A stretch of DNA of 60,161 nt, counting the filler, from Sphacelaria rigidula (Eukaryota), in assembly GCA_964200075.2 (NCBI GenBank). It is 6 parts of 6 records of this genome, joined end to end, with 100 filler letters (N's around TTAATTAATTAA, not from the genome) between each part and the next. Parts side by side here need not be neighbours in the genome. Positions count along the whole stretch, not along the records: positions 10,046 to 19,990 come from CAXNAA020007440.1; positions 20,091 to 30,034 come from CAXNAA020007441.1; 4 more parts are not named here. The stretch is one strand, 5' to 3'. Below are positions 13,223 to 23,325 of the stretch, one piece after another. Each line of letters begins with the position of its first letter. The stretch's first letter is position 1. Made by a program: the position numbers and the translations under genes. Under the pieces are notes generated by a model that was not told the origin of the DNA, ran no database searches, and was given only the letters and a program-made list of their open reading frames with translations.

Positions 13223-13971
13223 ATGAGCCAAGCAGCAGCGGACGCTCACCCTCTGGAGGATGCACGCTTCACGCCCCTCACGCGAGTCACGAATCAACTC
13301 GACATCATGTTCGCCCACCTAGCTGCGATGGAACGGTTGGCCGAGGGGCAGCCCTCACTCCGTCGCGAGATGGAGTGGGTGCGGAACCTCCGCAACGATG
13401 TTGAGGACAGTCTCGCGCGGCGCTCGCCGGCGTTAACTGCCCTGCTCCTCCACAAACAGTTTGGTGCCACCTCCTCCCGGCGGTCGCCGGCAGCTAACAA
13501 GGCTCTCTAGGCTGAAATTAAGAAGATAGCGACGTCAATGGTCGGTAAGCACACTACCCTGGAGACCGCCCTGGATCGGTGCCCAGATATTCGTGCGGGG
13601 GGGCGTCGAGGGCTCTGCTGAGCCCGCCGATCCGATACCCACCGTACCATCTACAGCCGCCCCCCGCACATCCACACCTATCCTACCAGCAGGCGCCATT
13701 TTCTGACGCCGCCCACCACTACGGCCCAAGTGAACCTTACGCAGCGGGGGGGCGGGGAGGGAGGCGACAACGAAATACCCGCGGCGGCGGCAGAGGAGGA
13801 GGCCGAGGAGTTCCCGGGAGAGGCAGTGGCCGGGGCTCAGGAGTACCACCCCAGTGCCAAAAATGCAGGGACGCGGGTCAACCCGCGAACCATTCATACG
13901 TTCGCTGCCCGCTGACAGTCTGTTGGCAGAGTACGAAACCGGGACACCTCGCGAAGCACTGCCCTGGATGA
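13223..13971 (+). pseudogene. gag-like protein with RGG-rich tract and two zinc knuckles
   Basis: C-terminus reads RGGGRGGGRG...CQKCRDAGQPANHSYVRC and CWQSTKPGHLAKHC (CX2CX4HX4C with C>S). TAG at 13508-13510; probable frameshift in the G7 run at 13597-13603. Confidence 0.8.
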
Positions 13972-14757
13972 TATCGTAGAATTGAAGTCCGATTTGTTAA
14001 GATAGTACAGGTTTACGACACCCTGTTGCGGTAGCTTCCGCCACAGGACGCTCGGGAACGCGCCGACTCTGGCCTGCACATATCCTGTTTTATAGGTTAA
14101 TAGGCGAGACATATCTTGCATAACGTTTCCAAGAGATGAAATGAACATGAATTGAATACTGTTTGCTGCACTGTTGCCCCCATAGCGAGCTCGGCTCGGG
14201 TTATTTGTACCCCGTGACACATGATGGCGCCCGGTTCGGCGACAGGCCGAACCCCCCGCTGTATTGCAGCATACCCGAGCGGGACTTTTACCTTTCCCCA
14301 CAGACGAACATTACACACTCTCCTCTCGAAACACCACACCCCGCGCAGCCTGCTTATGTCCTCTGTATCCTATATGTGCACTGGAAAGAATACTAAGCCG
14401 TGGTAACCCAGCCCACGACAGTTGACCCCAAAGTGTCATGTTCACCCTCCAGATGAACTGAGTGCCAGATGATCTGGGAAATGTCATCATCCGACATAAC
14501 GCAGCCCCAATGCCCCGCCTGCAACCCTTTGAACCTCGCTTTCACTCGTGGCTTGGACTCTGGCGCGCAGTGGGAAAAAAATAAATAAATTTCTGTTGGG
14601 TCCAAAAATATCTATACATACACGACACGTCCGTCCAACGATTTTGTATTTGATTGTATGCTATACGCGTCTACAGGACCAGCCAGCCCTAATAGCTTTT
14701 CTGGCAGGAAGATCCAGACGTACGAACGCGGTTCATACATATTTTCGTACGGACCAA

Positions 14758-16970
14758 ATGGATATACAAGGAAATCGAGCTTCAGCCCATAGCGAGTGCA
14801 TGATCCAGGATCCCTCTGCGGACCAGATCCAGGAAGGCTGGGAATCAGGAGAACCGCCCCAAGCCCCCCGACAAGCCCCTGTATACAACGAGAAAGACTT
14901 TGTTCGAGGACATCTGAGCACGGCAGTCCCGTTCTGGAAAGATGATATTCTGAAGGACCACATGCAACCCGACTTGTTATTGTCGTGGATTAACGGTGTA
15001 GACCTACACACATTCGTCGACAAATCAGCGACAGGAAGTTTCCAAGGACGCCCCTTTCACGGCGCCTACCTGACGGGTGTGGAGTTACCCAACCACGTGA
15101 ACCCAGAACACGAAGTGTTTGTCGACTGCGAGATCAGAAAACTTGTCGACAAAGGCTGCGCGGTGCGATGGGCGGAGATAGCAGACGTTCATGCGCAACC
15201 CAAGCCACGCATGTCTCTCCCGCTTGGAGTAGAATAGTCGACACCCCGCTTAATATGGGGACGGCCGTTGGCTGAACCTCATGTGCAAGGGTATGCCATT
15301 CAAGATGGACGGAGTAGGAAAGGTGGCCCAGTGCTCGTGGCAAGGTGCTTACCAAGTTACGATGGACCACAAATCAGGTTTCCATCATGTGCCCCTCGAT
15401 CCCACATGATGGGAATACCTCGGTTTTCAGTGGGAGGGCGGATATTGCACTTGGACTGTCCTCTGTTTTGGTTGGTGCAGTTCCCTCTACATCTACCACA
15501 CACTGAGCGAGGCGGTGGCACAGTACCTGCGATCCCGGAAAGTACCAGTACTGGCATGGATCGACGATTTCTTGCTGACGGGAGTCCGCTCGACCAAGCA
15601 TGACCCACCTCACACGCAGAAACAGGCAGCAAGTTCAGTAGCCCTCCTGGCGCTGTCAGTCTTCTATCGTTGTGGATACTTCATGTCCATCTCCAAATGC
15701 CAGCTAGAACACACCACAAAAATTGTCTTCTTGGGGATCCTGTGCGACACAGACGAATGCCGATTTGAAGTCCCCGACGATAAGATCGCCAAGTTAGAGC
15801 GCATCTTAGACGATGCCCTCGCTACCGGAACCGCCACGTTCACCATGCTTGAGAAGCTGGCGGGAAAGTGCACGGGCATGTCGGTTGCCGTACCAGCAGC
15901 CAGTTTGTACACGTTCCACATGTACAAACAGATCGCGATATACAGAAAGACCGGAGGAAAACATATCACAGCTACGGTAGCGCTCTCTGTCAATGGTGGT
16001 CTTTGAAACGAGATAGTCACATGGCGGAAACTCCGAAACAAGATGAATGGGGCGGCATGGTACAGCTCCAGTCACCACATCATCGCCATAAATGGCGCGA
16101 CAGACGCATCCTCACTGGCATGGGGGGATATTGTTCGAGACCCCTCCGGCGTCACCTCTACAGCGGCCGCCGACTTTCCCGCCGAATGGGTGATAGCGCA
16201 CATCAATGTCAAGGAAACGTTCGCTCTACACGAAGTCCTTAGACTGTTCTGCTTAGAACAAGCTGATCAAGTGGCGGGGACTAGTCTGTCAATAGATGTC
16301 GACAACAAAACCATGTACCATGCCTTCAGGAAAAATGAAGCGAGGGACGAACGCATGCGCAAACTCATCCAACAGCTCTTCTGGATGCAAGTCAGACAAG
16401 ACTTCACACTCACATTACGATGGGTAGTCTCAAAGAGTAACTCAGAAGCAGACAGTCTCTCAAGACCAGGAGCAAACGAGCACGTGCGGATGAGAGCAGA
16501 ATATTTTGACCAGTTATGGTTCGAGTGGGGCGGGTTCGACATGGACTTGATGGCATCCACAGCGTCAGCCCAGAAGATTCCAATGAATGCACCAGGTGGG
16601 GGAACTGCTCTGCCTTTTTACTCGAGATACCATACAGCAGGATCACACGGAGTGGACGTTCTTAGCTATGACGTTAGCCGCTCGTCATGTCGCACGCAGA
16701 AATGCTTCGGGTTTTGTTTCCCCCCCCCCAGTGATGGTCGGACTAGTGCTTCAGCACATCGCAGATTGCCACGCCCGTGCGGTGGTAGTGGTTCCAGCGC
16801 GACCGGCGTCGTGGTATCCTATGCTTATTGAAGCAGCCGTACGTACCAAACTCGTGTCTAGAAAAGGGGAAAATAGGCAGTTTTTTCGTACTCACCATCA
16901 ACGAGGACAGGAAGCGTTCGTATTTCATGAAAGGGACATGCACGCAGTCGAAGTAGATTTTCAAGCCTGA
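14758..16970 (+). pseudogene. pol: reverse transcriptase, RNase H and DNA N6-adenine methyltransferase-like domain
   Basis: RT motifs RLIWDGRWLN, DHKSGFHHV, LCFGW, WIDD (15557-15568) and VFLG; RNase H motifs TDAS..WG, HINVKE, DN and N.EADSLSR; MT motifs DMDLMAS, FYSRY, GVDVL, FCFPPP and VVVVP..SWYP. Lesions: stops at 15235, 15407 and 16004; frameshifts at ~15258 (G4) and 16720-16729 (C10). The start is uncertain. Confidence 0.93.
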
Positions 16971-17124
16971 TGAATAAATGATATCCGGCCCGACTCTTCA
17001 TTGAAACAGTTTCACCAGGGATACTCTGCCCTCCAAGACGGAAAATACCACACGACGAGTACCCTAAAACCACCTGACGCATGCTCTTTTCGCGCGACCA
17101 TTTCAACACATCCAGGCGCTCCTA

Positions 17125-18605
17125 ATGCTCCTTGCTCTGGTGCAACCGTTACTAGCACGGATAACAACGATGCTCGCCCACCTAGGCCACAAGCGCAACC
17201 TGCCCAGCCACAGCTCGAGTATGACCCGAGCCTCCGCCTCGCGAGCGAGAGTGCTATGTCCCGACTACCATGGAGAGAACGACAAAGATTTTCAATACTG
17301 TCAATGGTGCGGCATAAGGAGTTCGATATTAGCTACGAGGGTAACGCACGGGGTGGCTTTGAAAATCGACGAGGAGGCTATACAGAAGCGATACACTCAG
17401 TTTACGCTCGCCATGGCAGCGTCAGCCTCAGCAAAGAGACAGGATTCCACAACAGAACTATTCAAAGATTCTTAGCCTCACGACACGGGCACGGCCCCAA
17501 ATACTGGACAGCAGCGCAACCGACCGACATCGTAGCCTTTCTGTACTGGCTGGATGCATGTGGGAAAGGACGTATGCCAGTACATGCCAGACACTGCGCT
17601 GCAGCAGGTACCCCCGGACTCATCGGCTGCTCAACGAAACAAGGGGAATGTACTTACAGATACGCACACGATTCCTTACGGACGAATTACACGTCGAAAC
17701 TAGCGACAGCCTTCGAGAACGAGCTCGGAACGAACTCGGATTGGAGCGATGCCCTACGGATAGGAAACCCAGTCCGCAGCAACCTCGTTGTACAATATAC
17801 GATGTTCACCGAGGAAGAACAGAAGAAAGCAAGAGTGCTAGTAAAACAAGCACCGATTCTACTACACAGCCACCTCCTTGAACTGATAACCCCACTGCGA
17901 TCAGCTCTACAATGTACTAGATATGCTACAGAACAGGTACTCCTGGCCCGTGACATCGCCCTGTTCACAGTAGCATTTAGCACCACTAAACGCGGAGACG
18001 AGCTCACGAGGACCTTCATCCAACGCATTCTCAGACTCCCCAACCACAGTGGTTTCATGTTCAACTTCCAATGGGGGAAAACACTACGAGAAGGTGCAGA
18101 CCATCTACTCACTGTACCGTACGATGAGCTCTACCCCGCAAAATGCCCTGTCCGAGCAGTGGAGCAATGGGTGAAGGTAGGGACATCAATGGGTTGGAAT
18201 ATGACCCAAGGCTATCTCTTTCCCCAGATTGACACTTCAACAGCAACGCCGAAACGCGGTTCGACACCGATGCCGGCAGCCCAGATGACGGTGGCACTCA
18301 GACAACGAGGAAACGATGCTGGAATCAAGTGCACGTTCTCTATGCATTCGTTTCGCTCAGGAGGCGCCGTCTCCCGTGCCCTGGCAGGCGACGATTTGAA
18401 GACGATAATGCAAAAGGCTTTCTGGAAAAGACCGAGCACGGCGTGGAGATATATGAGATCGATGGAAATGGTAGATCCAGGAACAGTAGGAAACCGAATG
18501 ATCGAAGGTGTCTCCAAAGCACAGCACAGAGGAGTTAACGAGTTCCCATTGCAAGAACAGAGTAAGTCTTGGTCAGCCTTCGGGAAACAATCCATGTACA
18601 CATAG
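17125..18605 (+). pseudogene. Zn-ribbon + ALOG domain + tyrosine recombinase
   Basis: The N-terminus in the 17125 frame (CPDY...CQWCG) joins the 17001 frame by a frameshift near 17465. The ALOG-like block is FLYWLDACGK..VHARHC...C...C.YRYAHDSL...LATAFE...GNPVRS.LV.QY....EEQKKARV. Catalytic residues: R (17991, KRGDEL), KT, HSFRSGG (18345), W (18423) and Y (18450). Confidence 0.92.
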
Positions 18606-18740
18606 AGACACCAGCAGTGGCGAATAAGAACAGCGAGGACCGTGCCCGAGAAAGTAAGGGATTAACTCAGTCACCAAAACGATTGAGCTTACACGAGTAA
18701 TGGAAATCGATATGATCAACTCAGCAGAGTACAGGCGGAG

Positions 18741-19142
18741 TGGATACACCAGCCGTGGATGGTGCACCCACAGATTCATCCCATACTAATTGACAAGAAG
18801 CGTGGGCATAAAGATACACTAGGATCTTTGGCAGGAAGTCCTACATATAGCCGTAGGCATTATGACACGGGACTGTCAAGAACGAGTGACATATGAGCGC
18901 CACACGTCGCCAGTTCTTTACTGATGATCGATTCCTACCCATCGAGAAACAGCACGGAAAGTAGGAACCGATTTGAGACACCACCCGCCCACCCGAACAC
19001 AAGTATGCAGAGACAGACACTGAATTATTAGGTAGCTTCCTGCAAACGTATCGGAATTGGACACACCAGCCCACGCGGCTGGTGCACCCACAGATCCATC
19101 CCATACTAATTGACAAGAAGAGTGGGCATAAAGATACACTAG
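18741..19142 (+). repeat. 3' repeat cluster B1 (18741-18822) - A2 (18912-18980) - B2 (19058-19142)
   Basis: GGTGCACCCACAGATYCATCCCATACTAATTGACAAGAAGMGTGGGCATAAAGATACACTAG occurs twice, flanking the second copy of A. Confidence 0.9.
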
Positions 19143-20284
19143 TATATAAACAGGGTAACCGCGGCTTGCTCCCAGAAGCCAAAACAATGGCATAACCAAC
19201 CTTACCTATCCCTTAAACAATGCAACTGCACGGACCTGCACCAACTACAAAAATCGTCCGATACCACTAAAATCGTGCCATCACCAACGGTTTTTGATGC
19301 AGCAACACTTGATCCGATCGACGGGATACGAACGTTGAGGGAAATCTTGCAAAGGGTCGACGACGCCTTCTTTCTGTTAGGTCGTTCACGTCAGGTTGTG
19401 CAGTGTCATGTGTGCACAACGACAACCACTACAAAGCGTGGAACGTTGACTTTCAATATTTCGCCTCATCCATATACCAAGAGGGGATTTTTCATTGTTT
19501 TTCTTGAAACATGGGGTGGAGAGTTTTACGGCACGTCGTATGGAGCAGAAAAGGAAGGGGGGTAGGGGGTGGGGGGTGGGGGGTGGGGGGTGCCCCGTCA
19601 TCTACAGTACTGCCGATAGGCGATCGTCTGGTTTGGAGTTCCATATGTGTGAGCCCTGCAGTACGCTATGCTGGGCTTTCCAGGTGCAGTTTAGCATGCT
19701 CCAACCAGGCGATGGACTCCTTCAGTGCTGCCCTCCGTCCGTCCCCGACCAATTCCTGAAATAAAAAAGAGAAGTGGGTTGTTCCGGGGGCGCGGGGGTA
19801 GTTTCCAAAGGTTGACTGATACCACTGCATCATAAACAAACCCTATATTCGTCATTATCCATGAAATACGAAGGCATTCAAAAGTGCATGAAAAAAAAGG
19901 AATTGGCATATGCATCACGGCTGCATCCTGTGTTTAGTCTTCGGTAAAGTACGGTGAGCAATGCTACGGTAAGGGTGCACTTTTTTCGCGNNNNNNNNNN
20001 NNNNNNNNNNNNNNNNNNNNNNNNNNNNNNNNNNTTAATTAATTAANNNNNNNNNNNNNNNNNNNNNNNNNNNNNNNNNNNNNNNNNNNNGGCTGGAGCC
20101 GGGCCCAGACTTCAAAGGTGAGCCCTACCGATCCCCCCTCCCCCCCCCCCCCCCCCGCTTCTAGGCCATGGAGAAGGAGTGCTGCATTCATCATCCTTCT
20201 CCCGTAGCGGGGAGATTTGCAGCGAGGGGCTGATCTTGATCCTGGTCGGTCACCGCCCTCCAAAACCAATCTGTCTCGAAAGAG

Positions 20285-23200
20285 ATGCGTGGTCAATGGT
20301 CAAACGACTAAGGCAAGCAACAAATGAGTACGCCCCCCTCCGTCCATGAGGCACTGTACAAGCCGTGGCTGTCTCTGGAAGTGGCGATACCACAGAATAC
20401 AGCAGCTCATTGTAGGCTGTCATCCAAATGNNNNNNNNNNCCACAGACTGCGGCAGCCCATTCTACGCTGTCATCCAAATGCAAGATAATCAGTAGGCTT
20501 CGGGCCGAACAATCTTAGCAGTTTTTTTTTCTTGCACAACGACACTTTGTACGAATAGCCCTTGGACTACCTCGGGACGCATGATTTGTTTGATCTTTGT
20601 TCTAAGTCTGACACATAAACTTTCGGCTATGTCACCCTCTTCAGCTGTCCATGGCGGTCAGTAAGATACCATGCATACGGCAAATTGGGTGGGTATCGCG
20701 GAAGGCATTTGCTGACCAGTGAATGTGGGTCGGATGCGTGAACCAGCCTGTATCGACAACAAGTGCGCCCGGAATTCAGGAAGTATAGACGAGACAGAAA
20801 CAGAAACGCCTGCGTCGATTCTTCACGGGAAGTACGTAGCTGGCAGTGTGGAAAGTTCGACATAGAAGAGAGTGTGGAAAGTCCACCGTAGATAGCACCT
20901 CAGCAGGGCGTGGCAGCAACCGACGACATGGCCCTTTTGGGGGAAGATGAACTACCTGCAAATGGCCCTCCAGAGCCAACACTCGTCTCTAATCAAAACG
21001 TTTTGCTTTAGTCCACAACATGACCTCCGACGTCATCGAAACCTGACCCAAAATACAACTTGTCCGTAGCGATAGGTTCAGCCCACACACGCGTGCTGCA
21101 ATCGCACGTTCGCAGGTAGAAATATATAAACAAAACGTACACTTGTCCTTACCGTGAGAGTGTAGAGCAAGTAGCCGGTCAAGAGAAGTATCCAGTAACA
21201 ATTAGCCTTCCTGCGATGCCTTGGTTGCACCATGTTGGGAAGCCAAACGTTCTCGGGGATCTTCTCCAGCAATTGCACCACAGCAATACCGTCACCACCG
21301 ACTGCATTTGGGGCACGACGAGAGCGCATATTTCACGACTAGTTTAGGCCTACCCTTTTCCCCACAAAAAACGCTGATTTTGCAAGTACGGAACTGGTAT
21401 ACTATGTGCGATGATCAGCTTGGGAAAGAAAACATATCGTTACATACCGCACAACCTGTCCGAACGAGAAATTTGAAAATCAAGCGTTCGACTTCTGGCG
21501 GCTGACGGGTACGACAGGGTCTCCTCAAAAAAAAAGGTAAATAGTGTACTTTCAGGCGCTTCCCTGCCCCTGTGGGAACATAATATCGGTGCGAGGGGCG
21601 TTAACATGATGATTAGAAAATCTCCGGAGATAAACTACATCGAAAAATGCAGAACCCCGTGCCTTTTCACACACAAAGCTGACCACATAGAACGAAAACA
21701 CTGCTTTTCGGTGAAGAAACAACGCCTGTGGCTAATTGGGAGAAGCGCAATCTCTGAAGCTGGTCTGACCTTGTTCGTGAATATTGTTTGACTCACTGTT
21801 GTCGTCCTCACGTGCCATCTCCGGAAAGTTACGCCGTCCAGAAACATCACCCGTGTCGGTTGTACGCTTGGAAATCGGCGACCGCCGAACACAGGAAAGA
21901 TTCGAGGAATGACCGCTCCTGGAAGTGCTGTTCTTGTCGGCCATGACAGGCATCGGCGTGGAGGTGGAGAAGCTGGCGGCGCGCACTACCGTCTGTCTGG
22001 GTTCAAGTGGCGCTGCTGTGCTTTTGCGGCTGGCCGGTTCAGCTGGAATAATAGCAGTAACGGGCCAAGAATAGGGGAAGGAACCCGATCGTACGAAAAG
22101 GAGTGATAAGATAGGGAGGACGCGGGGGGGTGGAGGCAACTTGCCGCTGCTTGCTACAGTCAAGGATTTGCTCATAGTGTTTTCGGGTAACCCGCGGGTG
22201 AAGTGAGAGGCGGACACAACTGACCAATAGGGAGAACAGAATCGTCATATATATGTATTCAACGTCAAACGAGCACCGACAGGGTGGGCAGGGGAGGGCT
22301 TAGGGAAGTGTTCGTAAGCTACAGACGTCACATTGGCGTGAGTTGGCTGGCCGCAACCGAGCGAACGCAATCCCTTAGGTTGATCCTTACCGGCAACAAC
22401 GGTGTTCCGGTTAATCACACAGGCATGTCGTGCGCGTATCATGCGCGCTGCATCCGGGACGCTGCAAGACCCTAACGCACTCTAAGGATGGCCGGTAATT
22501 GCGGTCGACGGCGGCTGCAACGCGGTACACCTCTACGCTTTCGTCAGATCAAAACGACTAGTGCAGCGCTTTTTGCTGACCTTCAACTCAGCGAGATGTC
22601 TTGCACCGTCTCAAGCCTCATGGCGTAAAGTGCAGGAAAGACACCCTGTGAGTAAGAGAGCCCAGGCATTCTCCCTCCGAGATTCATGTACGTCGGACAC
22701 CTACTCCTGTTTCCTTACACTGAAATAGGGCCTAAGTTACTGTACAAGGGGTTAGTATGCTAAAGGCTAGGGCTAGCTAGCAATATGCAGGGAGGGAGAG
22801 GGGGAGGGGGGTGCACTCATGGCCTTGCATGCCGTAGTCATATGATAGTCAACCTTGCATCCCTACAAAGCCGGGAAGAAGCACGCCGGGTTTTCGCCGG
22901 GCCGGACTCGCAGCAATCAATCACCACCCGCGAAGCGCCGTGATGTGTATTCCGCGAGATTCACGGAGAGTAAGCTGCATCCTGCTCAGGTTGTTCCGTC
23001 CGAAGCGTACTGATAACTTTGCATATGGATAGCAGACAGCCTACAATGAGTTGCTTCATTTTCTGGTGTCGCCACTACCAGAGACAGCTTCGGGTTACGC
23101 AGTTACTCATGGGTGTCTCACCAGTTTAACCATGATCACTACGTGGTATGATCATCCACTTTGTGCCACTGTGCGATTCTCCCACCCCATCACGTCATCG

Positions 23201-23325
23201 TGTTTACCGAAAAAAAAACGCAAGCGTGGACAAAAACGGAAACCTGGTTTCCTAGCTCACGCTGTGAGTGGCGTGATTTACAGCGTCGTTGCCAACCGAC
23301 GCAAACCTCATGGGGGGGAGAGGGG
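20285..23325. repeat. Fragments of a dispersed repeat family shared with 50221-50470
   Basis: 20345-20430 is the reverse complement of ~23022-23113. 23190-23310 and 22860-22900 match 50221-50395. 20285-20338 is the reverse complement of ~50421-50470. Confidence 0.7.
20989..22219 (-). CDS. Three phase-consistent exons of an unknown gene, with a possible transmembrane segment
   Basis: Exons 22219-21797 (donor GTGAGT), 21301-21153 (donor GTAAGG; ...ANCYWILLLTGYLLYTLT) and 21042-20989, each with a CAG acceptor. A further candidate exon lies at ~27400-27537. Confidence 0.45.

Larger units (their letters stand above)
10120..19142 (+). mobile_element. Tyrosine-recombinase retrotransposon (DIRS order, PAT-like split direct repeats, ALOG-type recombinase), full-length but defective
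   Basis: Domains occur in the order gag zinc knuckles, RT, RNase H, methyltransferase, YR. Repeat A lies at 10120-10188 and 18912-18980; repeat B at 18741-18822 and 19058-19142. Confidence 0.92.

Noticed and set aside
14758-16970. Bacterial retron/DGR, prophage integrase or LTR-retrotransposon interpretation
   Set aside because: The gag-RT-RH-MT-YR order with split direct repeats, and no DDE integrase, protease or LTRs, indicates the DIRS order.
17001-17460. N-terminal ~155 aa of the 534-aa ORF as the true recombinase start
   Set aside because: The Zn-ribbon and first ALOG helix are in the overlapping 17125 frame; the long ORF is probably a frameshift by-product.
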